Assembly (NCBI GenBank): GCA_963831805.1
Contig: CAWHRN010000010.1
Span: forward strand, 1,107-65,106
Length of the DNA stretch: 64,000 bases
Direction of reading: 5' to 3'
From: an uncultured Verrucomicrobiae bacterium
GTDB taxonomy: Bacteria; Verrucomicrobiota; Verrucomicrobiia; Chthoniobacterales; UBA10450
Positions 18,450 through 29,479 of this stretch are shown here, piece after piece. The notes beneath the pieces were generated by a model that ran no database searches, was not told where the DNA came from, and saw nothing but the letters and a program-made list of their open reading frames with translations. Numbering within the stretch: position 1 is the first letter of the stretch; each line of letters begins with the position of its first letter. The position numbers and the translations under genes are program-made.

Positions 18450-20468
18450 ATGAAAGCTCACTCCATCGTTGTCAGTCTTATCGCCCTCGCGCTGAGCGCG
18501 GCGGTTCTCTCATCGTCTCCGCGTGCGCAGGCGCAGGTCGGGACGTTGACTACCCTGCACGCCTTTACGGGTAACACGGACCCCTCGCACCCGGACGGCG
18601 CGCACCCGGGCGCCCCGCTGGTGAAGGATACGGATGGTAACTTCTATGGGACGACCTTTGGCGGCGGCGAGAGTAACGTCGGCACGGTGTTCAAGATCAC
18701 ACCCGGCGGCGCGGTGACGATTCTTTACTCGTTCACGGGCGGAGAGGATGGGTTGTTCCCGACCGCCGGCCTGGTGAAAGCCAGCGACGGTAACTTCTAC
18801 GGTACCACCACCCAGAGCTTTAGTGGTGATGCGCTCGGGGGCACGGTCTTCCGGATAACACCAGCGGGGGCACTGACGACCGTGACTAAGTTCCCCGGCG
18901 GCGCGGGTGGGCAGAGTCCTTACCCCAGCCTGGTGCAGGGCAGCGATGGCTTGCTCTACGGAACGACATTTATCGGTGGCGGCGCGGGCAGCGGCTTCGG
19001 TCGAGGGACGGTCTTCACGATCGACCCGACCCAAACTCCTCCGATCGGGCCGACGTTCCTGCATTCGTTCAGCGGCGGCGCGGACGGCGGGGATGTCTAT
19101 GCCGGCGTGGTCGAGAGCACGGTCGATGGCAATTTCTACGGAACGACCAACGGCGGCGGGATCGTGAACAGCCTCTTTCCCAATGGCACCGGCACGGTGT
19201 TCAAGATCACGCCCGCGGGCACTCTGACCACTCTCCATACGTTCACCGGCGGTGCCGACGGGGCGAACCCGCGGGGCGGACTGGTGCAGGGCAGCGACGG
19301 CAATTTTTACGGGACAACCACGACCGGGGATGTCTCGTCGAGCACCGCGTCGGGCGGCACGGTCTTCAAGATCACGTCCAACGGTACTTTGACTACCCTC
19401 CACTCGCTGACTCTCACCGAAGGGTCGGTCCCGCTCGCCCCGCTCATTCAAGGCAGTGACGGTAACTTCTACGGCACTACTGAAACTGGCGGGGAGAGTG
19501 ATGGCACACTTTTCAAAGTCACGCCGACCGGAACTCTAACCGTCCTCTATACCTTCAATGGGACAGACGGGCGGCAGCCGCAGAGCGCCTTGTTCCAGGA
19601 CAGCGATGGCAGCTTCTATGGCACGACGGCTTTTGGCGGCGGCACTGAGGATGACGGCCAAGTCTTCCGGCTGGACGTCGCGGTGACACCCACCCCAGCC
19701 CGGCTGCAGAACATCTCGACTCGATTGCAGGTGTTAACCACTGATAAGGTTCTTATCGGCGGTTTCATTGTCACAGGGACAAATCCGAAAAAGGTCATTG
19801 TGCGCGCGCTCGGGCCGTCGTTACCAGTCCCCGGCCCACTGGCCGATCCGGTGCTGGAGTTACATAAGTTCGATGGCACCGTGGTCACCAACGATAACTG
19901 GCAATCCACACAAAAGAGCGAGATCGAGGCGACAAGTCTTCAGCCGCACAATGACCTCGAATCTGCGATCGTCGCCACCCTCGATCCTGGCAACTACACG
20001 GCGATCGTGAGCGGAAAGAACGGCGGCACCGGCATCGGCCTCGTGGAAGCCTACGATCTCGACGAGACGGGTGATTCCCAACTGGCAAACATCAGCACGC
20101 GCGGTTTCGTCGATACCGGAGACGATGTCTTGATCGGCGGCTTTATCGCAGGGCCGGCGGCAAACGGCAGTTCCAGCGTGCTGGTGCGGGCGATCGGCCC
20201 GTCGCTGCCGCTCTCTGATGGCCTGCCCGATCCCACCCTTGAGCTCCATGACGTCAACGGCGTGATCCTTGCGACCAACGACAACTGGAAGACGGCGGAC
20301 GACGGCACGAGCCAGCAGGCGGAAATCGAGGCAACGCATCTCAAACCGGCCAACGATCTGGAATCGGCCATTCTCGCCACTGTCGCACCGGGCAATTACA
20401 CGGCGATTGTCCGCGGCAAGAACAACGAAACAGGCGTTGGGTTGGTCGAGGTTTACAATCTGCAGTAA
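18450..20468 (+). CDS. GloVer (Gloeobacter/Verrucomicrobia) tandem-repeat secreted protein with two C-terminal ~110-aa repeats
   Basis: Signal peptide MKAHSIVVSLIALALSAAVLSSSPRAQA. About nine repeats of the G.LTTLH.F.G..DG..P...L.....GNFYGTT..GG..G.GTVFKITP type. Duplicated LANISTRGFV...LPDPTLELHD...DNWK...EIEAT...LESAI...PGNYTAIV...GVGLVE module. Confidence 0.8.
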   Translation: MKAHSIVVSLIALALSAAVLSSSPRAQAQVGTLTTLHAFTGNTDPSHPDGAHPGAPLVKDTDGNFYGTTFGGGESNVGTVFKITPGGAVTILYSFTGGEDGLFPTAGLVKASDGNFYGTTTQSFSGDALGGTVFRITPAGALTTVTKFPGGAGGQSPYPSLVQGSDGLLYGTTFIGGGAGSGFGRGTVFTIDPTQTPPIGPTFLHSFSGGADGGDVYAGVVESTVDGNFYGTTNGGGIVNSLFPNGTGTVFKITPAGTLTTLHTFTGGADGANPRGGLVQGSDGNFYGTTTTGDVSSSTASGGTVFKITSNGTLTTLHSLTLTEGSVPLAPLIQGSDGNFYGTTETGGESDGTLFKVTPTGTLTVLYTFNGTDGRQPQSALFQDSDGSFYGTTAFGGGTEDDGQVFRLDVAVTPTPARLQNISTRLQVLTTDKVLIGGFIVTGTNPKKVIVRALGPSLPVPGPLADPVLELHKFDGTVVTNDNWQSTQKSEIEATSLQPHNDLESAIVATLDPGNYTAIVSGKNGGTGIGLVEAYDLDETGDSQLANISTRGFVDTGDDVLIGGFIAGPAANGSSSVLVRAIGPSLPLSDGLPDPTLELHDVNGVILATNDNWKTADDGTSQQAEIEATHLKPANDLESAILATVAPGNYTAIVRGKNNETGVGLVEVYNLQ

Positions 20469-20550
20469 CCGAGTGTGACTCGGGCCTGCGGCCATCCGCC
20501 TGCTTGGAGCACACCTGCCTAACGACTATAAGTCCGGGCGACGGCTAACC

Positions 20551-22822
20551 CTATAGCTGCAGCATGTACATGCCCCGGCCGAAGGTCGCGGCGTAGAGCG
20601 CGTTTGAGGCGGCGCGGTATTCCAGGTCGGTGACGGGGACGTTCGGCAGTTGTGGACCCGCGGTCCGCCAGGTGCCGCCGTTGTTGGCGGATAGGAAGAC
20701 GCCGACGTCGGTCGCGACATAGAGCTTCGTGCCGACGACGACGAGGTCGTTTACCGGCGCCTGCGGCAGGTTGCCGGAAATATTCGCCCAGGTAAGTCCG
20801 CCATCAGCCGTCCGCAGGACATAAGGCAGCGGTGAGCCGGAGCGAAAGCCGGAGAAGGTCGCGTAGGCCACGAGGGAGTTTGCGGGATCGACAGTTACCC
20901 GGGTGACCCAGGTCCCGGGTACGTCCGGATCAGTCACCCGTGTCCAGTTAACGCCGAGATTGGTCGTAAACCAGAGGCGGCCATCGTCGGTCCCGGCGAG
21001 AATGCGGTTCGGGTCGGTCTTAGCCGCGGCTACGGTCGTAACTGTGCCGAAAGGATAACTCGGATCGCGACCCGGACCGCCGGTAAGATCAGGACTGATG
21101 ACCGACCAATGGACCGCGTGATCAACCGACCGGTTCACCTGGTTTCCCGCGTAGTAAAGGACCGCGGGGTTGGAAGGATCGAACTGAAGCGGAGTCAGCC
21201 AATTCCGCCGCGACGAAGTCGTCGAGCCGGTAAAGTCAGCGCCGTTATTCCCGCCGTCGGTGAAGCGGACGCAGTCACCGTATTGGCTGCACCCATAGAC
21301 ATCGTCCTGCACGACGGGATCGATCAGCGCCTCCAGGCCGTCGCCGCCGACGTACGTGTTCCAACTGCTGCTTCCGTAGGAGCGATTGACGCCGTTATCC
21401 TGCGCGCCACCGACGAGCCGACTCGCGTCCTGTTCGCTCACATCGACGCTATAGAACTGCGTGAACGGCTGACTCGTCGCCGAGACCCATTGGTCGTTCG
21501 AGCCATTCACATCGGAGCGATAAGTGCCGCCATCGTTGCCGAGATAGACGCGACTGGGAACCTTCAGGTCCCAGGCCATCGCGTGATGATCCGAGTGCGG
21601 GTTGAATTCCCCGCTCCAGCTCGCGCCGCTATTCTTCGATTCGCAAAGGTAAACGCCGGCGGCGAAGACATGCGTCTGATCGACCGGATCGACCCAGACG
21701 CGGCCGAACCACCAGCCATAGCTCGATTGCGCGCCGGAGAGCGTGGAGTTGTTGGCGAGCTTGGTCCAGGAATCGCCGCCGTTATCCGATTGGTAGAATC
21801 CTTGGAAAGAATCCGCTGGTTTGGTTTGTGATGACATAAAGCCGCTGCGGATTCGAGGGCGCGAGGGCAAGGCCGATGCGGCCGTTGGTGGAAGAGGCGG
21901 CGGGCAGGCCGTTCGTCAGGCGACTCCAGTTGGCGCCGCCGTCGGTGGTCCGGTAAACCCCGGAACCAACGCCGCCGTAGGTGCGCAGATCCGGCTCGCG
22001 CAAGTGATCCCACATCGCCGCGAAAACGCGGTTCGGATTCGTCGGATCGATCGCAATGTCCACCGCGCCGGTGGTGTCGTTATCGCCGGCGAGGACGCGC
22101 GTCCAGGTGGTGCCGTTATCGGTCGAAGCGTACACGCCGCGATCGCCGCCGTGGCTGTAGAGCTGGCCGGCGACGGCCGCGTAAATGTGTTGCGGATTTG
22201 TCGGATCAACCGCGAACCGGCCGATCGCCCCGGAGTTCGTTAGGCCGACGTTTTGCCAGGTCCGGCCGCGATCGACCGAGCGGTAAATTCCCGCGCCGCC
22301 GTAAGTGATGCTGCCGCCGCCGGGATTGGGTTCGCCCGTTCCGGCAAAGAGCGTCCCGTTCGAAGTGATGAGGAGCGCGCCCATCGATTGCGGATTGGTC
22401 ACGGGCCAGAGCGCGGTGAAGTGCGAGCCTTTGTCCCGGCTCTTCCAGATGCCGCCGGTCGCCGCCGCGATGTAAACCGTATCTTTTGCGACCGGGTCGA
22501 CGGCAATATCGACCACGCGGCCGCCGATGTTCGTCGGCCCCGCAAATATCCAGCCGGTGCGCGCTTGCCCCGAGGTGGCTTGTTCATCAGCGGCTGCCAA
22601 CGCCGCGGCCTGTGCGCCCGCCCGTTCGAGCGCTCCGGCGGGAATGCCGCCATGCACGACGCGCTGGGTGACGAACCAATCTTCCGGCGGGCTTTCCCGC
22701 TCTTCCTCTTCGCCGACCCGACGGTCCTTTGCCGGCCGCATGGAAAAACCAAAAAGCAGCGCTCCGGCGAGGAGCAGCACGAAACCAGACACCAACCGAA
22801 ACCCAACGATGCGCATCTTCAT
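20551..22822 (-). CDS. BNR/Asp-box repeat protein (sialidase/GH74/sortilin-like beta-propeller), frameshift near 21800
   Basis: Many Asp-box motifs: SRDKGSHFT, SVDRGRTWQ, STDNGTTWT, TTDGGANWS, SDNGGDSWT, SKNSGASWS, TADGGLTWA, SANNGGTWR. TM/signal start MKMRIVGFRLVSGFVLLLAG. Confidence 0.7.
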
Positions 22823-22917
22823 CGCGCGCAGGCTAGCGGCCCTCCCACCGCAGAAGCAAGCCTGTTGCCAAACGACTCCGCGGTTGAGCAGCCGGGAAGT
22901 CAGGCGTAAGCAATTCG

Positions 22918-23679
22918 ATGCTTCTGCGCCCTCTTCTCCTGCTCTCGTTGCTCGCGCTGGCGACACCGGCCTTCGGCCAACTCGGGAGCGCGCTCGACGC
23001 GCATGGCGGGCTGGAGAAATGGCACGCCTTCGCCGGCGTGGAGTACGACCTGATCTGGAAAAACGCCCAGGGCGAAAAGCACGATCACGAGCTTTTCAAT
23101 CTCCAGAACCGCTCAGGACTAATCACGAGCGACAAATACACGATCGGCTCGAGCGACGGCAAAGTCTGGATCAAGCCCGGGCTCGACGCGCTCGGCGGAA
23201 CTCCGCCGCGCTTCTACATGGGGACGCCGTTTTATTTTTTCGGGATGCCGTTTGTCTTCGCCGATCCGGGCAGCAAGCAGGAGTCGTTAGGCAAAATGAA
23301 GTTTCGCGGGGTGGAATACGATGCGCTCCGGATCACTTTCAGCAAAGGAACGGGCGACACACCGGATGATTTCTACACGGTTTATCTCGATCCGGATTCG
23401 CACCAGTTGAAGCTCGCGATCTACGTGGTGACTTATCCGCAGATGCGGAAAGACAAGCCGATCGACCAGCTCGAGCGGCACGCGATTGTGTTCGATGAAT
23501 GGCAGACGGTCTCCGGCCTGCTCGCGCCGAAGAAAGCGCAGTTCTATAAATGGACCGGCACCGATCTCGACGGCGCCGTGCTCGGCGCGCTCGAATATTC
23601 CCACGTCAAATTCCTCAAGGAAGCGCCGGACCCGGCGAAATTTAAGCAGCCCGCCGACGCGGTGGTCGCGCCGATGTGA
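22918..23679 (+). CDS. Secreted hypothetical protein
   Basis: Intact 253-aa ORF with signal peptide MLLRPLLLLSLLALATPAFG. No recognisable catalytic motif. Confidence 0.55.
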   Translation: MLLRPLLLLSLLALATPAFGQLGSALDAHGGLEKWHAFAGVEYDLIWKNAQGEKHDHELFNLQNRSGLITSDKYTIGSSDGKVWIKPGLDALGGTPPRFYMGTPFYFFGMPFVFADPGSKQESLGKMKFRGVEYDALRITFSKGTGDTPDDFYTVYLDPDSHQLKLAIYVVTYPQMRKDKPIDQLERHAIVFDEWQTVSGLLAPKKAQFYKWTGTDLDGAVLGALEYSHVKFLKEAPDPAKFKQPADAVVAPM

Positions 23680-23705
23680 TTCTCCCGCTCTCTCAGCACT
23701 CAGTT

Positions 23706-25760
23706 ATGAACTCTTCACTCTCGAAAAAGGACAAACTCCGCCTCCTCACTCTGCTCCTCGAAAGCCGGCACGGCGATCTGCGCGAGCAAAATCTCAACCG
23801 CCAGGGCAAAGGCCATTTCCATGTCGCCGGCATGGGCCACGAAGCGCTCGCCGCGATTTCGTTTGCGACCGAGGAGGACGATTACATCTGCGGCTACTAC
23901 CGCGATCGCGCACTCGTGCTCGGGCGCGGCGTGACCTCGCGCGACCTGGCGCTCGATTATTTCGCGAAGCGCAAAGGACAAAGCCACGGCCGGCAAATGC
24001 CGTCGCATTACAGCTATGCCTCGCGCCACATCTGGAGCGTGCCGACGCCGACCGGCGCGCAACTTCTGCCCGCCTGCGGCATCGCCTGGGGCATGCAGCT
24101 CGACGCGAAACCAGAACGTCGTCATCACGACGATCGGCGACGCGGCGACGCGCCAGGGCGATTTCTTCGAGGCGGTCTGCTTTCGCGAAGGAGCGGAAAC
24201 TGCCGGTGCTCTTCATCGTCGAGGACAACGCCTACGGCATCAGCAGCCCGACGCGAAAGATCAACCCGCTCGCGATTGACGTGCTTCAGCCTAACGACTG
24301 GCAGATCGTCGACGGCAGCGATGTCGACGCGGTTTACGCGGCGGGGCAGGAAGCGATGCAGATCGATCCGCGCCGGCAAGGGCCCGGTTTTTCTCTGGGT
24401 GAAAATGGAGCGGCTCTCGAGCCACACGAGTTCCGACGATCACAAACTTTACCGCAGCGCGGAGGAGATCGAAGGCTCTGGCCAAGGCCGATCCGCTGAC
24501 GAGATGGAAAGAGCAGCTGATCGCCGACGGCGATCTCACCGAGGAGGAGTTCGTTAGGCTCGACCAGGAGATCAAGGAACGGGTCCGCCAGGAGTTCATC
24601 GATGCCGAGCGGAGTGAAGATCCGTCGGCGGACGAGCTGGAATTGCAGATCACCGGCGAACTGCCGCAGCTCGACGACGAGATCCTGCCCGCGGGCAAAT
24701 ACCGGATCGGCGACGTCGTCAACCAAACGCTGCGCGCCGGCCTCGAGACGGATCCGCGTCGGATGATTTTCGGCGAGGACATCGAGGATCCGAAAGGCGG
24801 CGTCTTCCGGCTGACGCAAAAGCTTTCGACCGAATTCCCCGAGCAGGTTTTCAATTCGCCGCTCGCGGAATCGACCATCCTCGGCGTCGCCTGCGGTCTC
24901 GCTTCCTACGGCAAACGGCCGGTCTTCGAGCTGCAGTTCATCGATTTCATCTATCCCGGCTGGAACCAGCTCGTGACCAATCTCTCGACCTTGCGCTGGC
25001 GTTCGTTCGGCACCTGGACCTGCCCGGTGGTGCTCTACGCGCCGTACGGCGCGTATCTGCCGGGTGGAAGCCTCTGGCACACCCAGGCGAACGAAGCGGC
25101 CCTCGCCCACTATCCCGGGATCAACGTCGTCATTCCCAGCACGCCGGAGGACGCCGCTGGCCTGCTCTGGACCGCGATGCATTGCGACGACCCAACCATT
25201 GTCCTCATCCCGAAACATCTGCTCTGGGCCGAACACGAATCCGCCGAGCCGCTTCGCGCGGTGCCGTTCGGCAAAGCCCGCACTCACCAAACCGGCTCCG
25301 ACGTTACCGTCGTCGCCTGGGGCAACACGATGGAGAAATCGATCGAGGCGCTCGCGAAACTCGGGCGACCGCGCGAGCGTCGAGTTGATCGATCTGCGCT
25401 CGATCGCGCCGTGGGACCGCGCGGCGATCGAGGAATCGGTGCGCAAGACCGGCCGGCTCGTCGTCGTGCAGGAAGACACGGAAAATTGCAGCGTCGGCCA
25501 GATGATCATCTCCCATCTCACCGGCATCAGCGACATCTGGGACGCGATGATCAGCCCGCCGCTCCTCGTCAGCAAAGGCAACGTCATGATCGGCTACAAC
25601 CCGATCTACGAATACGCCGCGCTGCCGGACGTCGAGCGGATCGTTAGGGCAATTGAACGTTCGGTCGCGACCAAATCGGAGCGGATTGTTTCCGCCGCCG
25701 GCGCGGAGCCTGGAAGTGTTCGCTCGACCCCGGCGACAAAAGCGACGTCCGGCCAAAGCT
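23706..25760 (+). CDS. 2-oxoacid dehydrogenase E1 component, fused alpha/beta subunits, several frameshifts. 3-prime end uncertain
   Basis: E1-alpha motifs (GMGHEALAAISFA, YYRDRA, TIGDAATRQGDFFEA, LPVLFIVEDNAYGISSP), then E1-beta motifs (GEDIEDPKGGVFRLT, FNSPLAESTILGVACGLA, ELIDLRSIAPWD). The protein must be read across frames 23676, 24016, 23486, 24643 and 25064. Confidence 0.75.
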
Positions 25761-25769
25761 CCATCATCG

Positions 25770-26843
25770 ACCACGCAAAAAATCGTCGTCCCGATCATGG
25801 GCGAAGGCATTCGTTCCGCGAAAGTCGTCGCGCTTTTGAAAAAGCCCGGCGACCGAATCGAACTCGACGACGCGCTTTGCGAAGTCGAAACCGACAAGGC
25901 GGTTTACCCGATCGAGTCCTCTTTCGCCGGCACGATGGGCGAATGGAAAACGAAGGTCGACGACACGGTCGAGATCGGCCAGGAGCTCGGCACCATTCTC
26001 GGCGAAGGCGAGGAATGGGACGAGCAATTCGAGGCCGCGGCCGAAGCGTCCGCCACTGTAGAGGCGGCCGTGCCGGCCGCAGCCGCCAAACCATCCGTCG
26101 CAAAGAAGCGGACCTCCCGCGAGCCCGCTCTTTCGGCGACGATCACCCGCAAACTCGGCCGCGTCGTTCCCGCCAATCTTCAGATCGACGCCCGTTGGGA
26201 AGAAATCCGCGACGCGCGCGACGCGGCGAAAAAGAGCCGACGGGAAGAATGCCCCCTCGCCTTCCGTTATGGTCGCGTGGTCGGTCGTCCGCGCGATGGA
26301 GAAGACACGCCGCCTTCCGCAGCCTGATGCAGGACGACGACCAGATCATCGAGCAGGAGGATTTCGATCTCGGCGTCGCGGTTTCGTTAGCCGATGACCG
26401 GCTCGCGACCGCGGTCATCACGGCGGCGAACACCTTGTCCTGGCCCGATTTCGTGCAGCGCTACAACGAGACGGTCGAGGCCACGCGCTAACGGCCGAGT
26501 CGACGCGATGAACGCGCCGCTTGTGATCAGCAGCCTGGGCGCTTTCGGCGTGCGCGCGGCGGCGCCGATTGTCGTGCCGCCGTCGGTCGGCACGCTCTTC
26601 GTCGGCTCGGCGCACCAGGAGCTCATGCCGAACGGAAAGAAGGCGCACAGCGTGGAGGTGATCACGCTTTCGCTCACCTTCGATCATCGCGTCGTGAACG
26701 GGGCCGGCGCGGCGAACTTCGTCCACGAAATCAAGGAACTGATCGAGGCCTTCGCGATCCCAGCGGCCACTCCGTGTAGCGCGGGTCTCCGACCGGCGTT
26801 CGCTACAGGAGCGACGGCGCGCGAAGTTAGGTCTCTGGCCTGA
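25770..26843 (+). CDS. Dihydrolipoamide acyltransferase (E2) with one lipoyl domain, frameshifts. The start is unresolved and it may be fused to E1
   Basis: Lipoyl domain KIVVPIMGEGIRSAKVVALLKKPGDRIELDDALCEVETDKAVYPIES. Catalytic end LSLTFDHRVVNGAGAANFVHEIKELIE (DHR motif). Confidence 0.7.
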
Positions 26844-26849
26844 TTCGGC

Positions 26850-26922
26850 CGTCAGGCTTCCAGCCTGACGAGAAGAACGGACCGGCTGGAAGCCCGTCCG
26901 CCGAGTCAGGCAGGATGCCTGA
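26850..26922. terminator. Cluster of GC-rich hairpins between convergent genes
   Basis: GTCAGGC-TTCCA-GCCTGAC (26850-26868); GGCTTCCAGCC / GGCTGGAAGCC (26854-26864 / 26883-26893); GTCAGGCA-GGA-TGCCTGAC (26904-26922). No T-tract, so function as an intrinsic terminator is not proven. Confidence 0.35.
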
Positions 26923-27541
26923 CTTCCAGAATGGTTTGCGCCTCCGGAAAGATCAATTCCTCCCACTCAGCGTAGGCCTTGGCGGACGGATGCAATCCGT
27001 CCGCCGCGACCAGCGACGGGTCCTCGCCCATTCTCCTGCTCAGCGGAAAAATATCGACCAAGGGTAACCCCCGCTGCTTTGCCTCTTCCGCGATCACTTT
27101 GTTGAAGCTCGCGAGACCGGCCGAGATATCGCGCCCGCGCGCATAGGTCGGCCCGTCCGGCGTGACCGAGAAATCCGGAATGTTGATCACGAGCAAGCGT
27201 CGCTCGTTAGGCACAATCTGCAGCATCGCGTCGAGCAGCTCCGCGACGTTGGCGCGGAAGACAGCCGGCTCGACGTCCTGCACCCAGTCGTTCACCCCGA
27301 GCATGAACGTCCCGAAATCCGGCCGCGCCGCGCGAAATAACGGCAGCTCCTTTTCGATCGCATCGCGTGTCGTCCAGCCGGTTCGCGAAGGGTTCGAGAC
27401 CAGCTCGACCGGGATTCCACTTGTCGTTAGGCGTTGCGCCAGTAACGCCGGCCACGATTCCTCTTCGCTCGCCCCTTCGCCGATCGAATAGGAGTCGCCG
27501 ATTACAGCATAACGAATGGGCGGCGCGGGCATCGGCCGCAT
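26906..27541 (-). CDS. SGNH/GDSL-family hydrolase
   Basis: [13 protein letters not shown] (block I Ser), GVNDW, and DGLHPS near the C-terminus. The start is chosen at MRPMPAPP; the ORF extends to 27574. Confidence 0.75.
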   Translation of the reverse strand: MRPMPAPPIRYAVIGDSYSIGEGASEEESWPALLAQRLTTSGIPVELVSNPSRTGWTTRDAIEKELPLFRAARPDFGTFMLGVNDWVQDVEPAVFRANVAELLDAMLQIVPNERRLLVINIPDFSVTPDGPTYARGRDISAGLASFNKVIAEEAKQRGLPLVDIFPLSRRMGEDPSLVAADGLHPSAKAYAEWEELIFPEAQTILEVRHPA

Positions 27542-27609
27542 TCTGCCGCGCGCCCGTAGTCCGCGCAAAGGCACTTTTCGCCCGCGGCCAGAACGCGATA
27601 AATTGCCGG

Positions 27610-28657
27610 ATGCCGCGCGCGATCATCCATCTCGACATGGATTGCTTCTACGCCGCGATCGAGGTGCGCGATCGACCGGAGCTGCGCGGCAAACCGGTCG
27701 GAGTCGGCGGCGCGCGGGATCGGCGCGGTGTGCTCACCACCTGCAATTACGAGGCGCGCGCGTTCGGCGTGCACTCCGCGATGCCGACCTTCATGGCGCT
27801 GCAGCGCTGCCCCAAATTGATCGTCCTGCCGACGCGTTTCGATGTCTACCGGCGCGAATCGGCGACGATCCGGGCAATCCTTCACCGCTTCACGCCGCTG
27901 GTCGAGCCGCTCTCGCTCGACGAAGCCTATCTCGATGTCACGTCGCATCCCGGTGCGCCCGGTCCCCTCGCCCAGGTCATTCGCGATCTGATTTTTCGGA
28001 AAACCAAACTGACCGCCTCCGCCGGCATCGCGCCGAACAAGCTGGTCGCCAAAATCGCGAGCGACCTGAAGAAACCGAACGGCCAATACGAAGTCGCGCC
28101 TAACGACGTCGCCGGAATTCATGGCCGCGCTCCCGGTCCGCAAGATCTGGGGCATCGGCGCGGTCACGGAGCAGAAGCTGCAGCAGCGCGGGATCACCAC
28201 CTGCGGCGAGCTGCAGCGTTTCAGCCGGCTGCAATTGCAGGAGCAGTTCGGCAAATTCGGCGCGGAGCTCTACGACCTTGCGCGCGGGATCGACGAACGC
28301 GCAGTCGAGCCGCATCGCGAACGCAAATCGCTCAGCAACGAGGAGACGTTCGCGATCAATCTGGAAACGCTCGAGGCCTGCGAAGAGAAGCTGGAGGAAC
28401 TCTACGCCGAGCTGATGGCCGAACTCGCGCAGAAGGAAAACAGCCGCGCGATCACGAAGATTTTCGTGAAGCTGAAGTTTGCCGATTTCACCCGGACGAC
28501 GGTGGAGCGCGCCGGGCTTCCGCCGTCGTTAGGCGACTACCGCACGCTGCTCACCGAAGCGTTCGCTCGGACCGGCAAGAGCGTGCGCTTGATGGGCGTC
28601 GGCGTTCGCTTCGCGCCAATCGCCGAGCCGGAAGCGGCCCAGCTTCCGCTGCTTTAG
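27610..28657 (+). CDS. dinB: DNA polymerase IV (Y-family), frameshift near 28110
   Basis: [64 protein letters not shown]. It then continues in ORF 28121..28657 with [16 protein letters not shown]. Confidence 0.85.
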
Positions 28658-28668
28658 GATTGCCCGAC

Positions 28669-29424
28669 TTAAGTCCAATTCGGGGGACGCTTTTCGAGGA
28701 ACGCGGCGATGCCTTCCTTCGCTTCCACCGATTCGCGCGCTTCCATGTGATGACGCAGCGCGCGGTCAATATCCTCTTGCACCGAAGTCGACCAGAGTTC
28801 CTCGAGCAGGCGTTTGCTGCTCGCGAGGGCGCCGGGGGCATTCTGCAAAATCGCTGCGACCAGCTTTTGCACTTCGCTTTCGAGTTCGTTAGGCGCGACC
28901 ACCCGGTTGACCAGGCCGATCTCCCGCGCGCGTGCCGCCTCGATCAGCTCGCCGGTGAAAAGCAGCTCGCGCGCATCGCGTTCGCGGAGTTGGCGCCGGA
29001 GGAAGGTCATCACCAGGCCGGCGACGAGGCCGCGCTTCACTTCCGGATAACCGATCTTCGTGCCCTCCGCCGCGACCACGAAATCGCAGGCCGACATCAA
29101 ACCCGCGCCGCCGGCCAGAGCCGCGCCGTGGATCTGCGCGATCGTGATCATCCGCGTCTGGCTGACCGCGTGCAGCATTTGTGCGATCGCGTCCGCCGAG
29201 CGATGCGCGCGCTCGGCGATTTGCGTTTCGTTCAAATCCAGCCCGGCGCAGAAGACCTTGCCCGCACCGCGCAGGATGAGCACGCGCTGCTTTTCACTTG
29301 CTGCCGTCTCGATCGCGGCGACCAATTCCTCCATCAGCTCGATCGTCAGGGCATTGCGGCGTTCCGGACGATTAAGGGTCAGCGTGGTGACGCGGTCGGT
29401 GGTTTCGATAAGAACGTTAGGCAT
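28669..29424 (-). CDS. Enoyl-CoA hydratase/isomerase family (methylglutaconyl-CoA hydratase-like by context)
   Basis: [26 protein letters not shown]...FCAGLDLNE crotonase motif. Internal start of ORF 28669..29586. Confidence 0.8.
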   Translation of the reverse strand: MPNVLIETTDRVTTLTLNRPERRNALTIELMEELVAAIETAASEKQRVLILRGAGKVFCAGLDLNETQIAERAHRSADAIAQMLHAVSQTRMITIAQIHGAALAGGAGLMSACDFVVAAEGTKIGYPEVKRGLVAGLVMTFLRRQLRERDARELLFTGELIEAARAREIGLVNRVVAPNELESEVQKLVAAILQNAPGALASSKRLLEELWSTSVQEDIDRALRHHMEARESVEAKEGIAAFLEKRPPNWT

Positions 29425-29479
29425 AAGAGTAATCTCGCTGGTGAAGATGCGAAGTTCTTCGCTACCCTGACAAGGTCGA

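Noticed and set aside
27542-27609. LexA/SOS box upstream of dinB.
   Set aside because: No palindrome of the TGTTC-N4-GAACA or CTGT-N8-ACAG type could be seen in the 68-bp divergent spacer.
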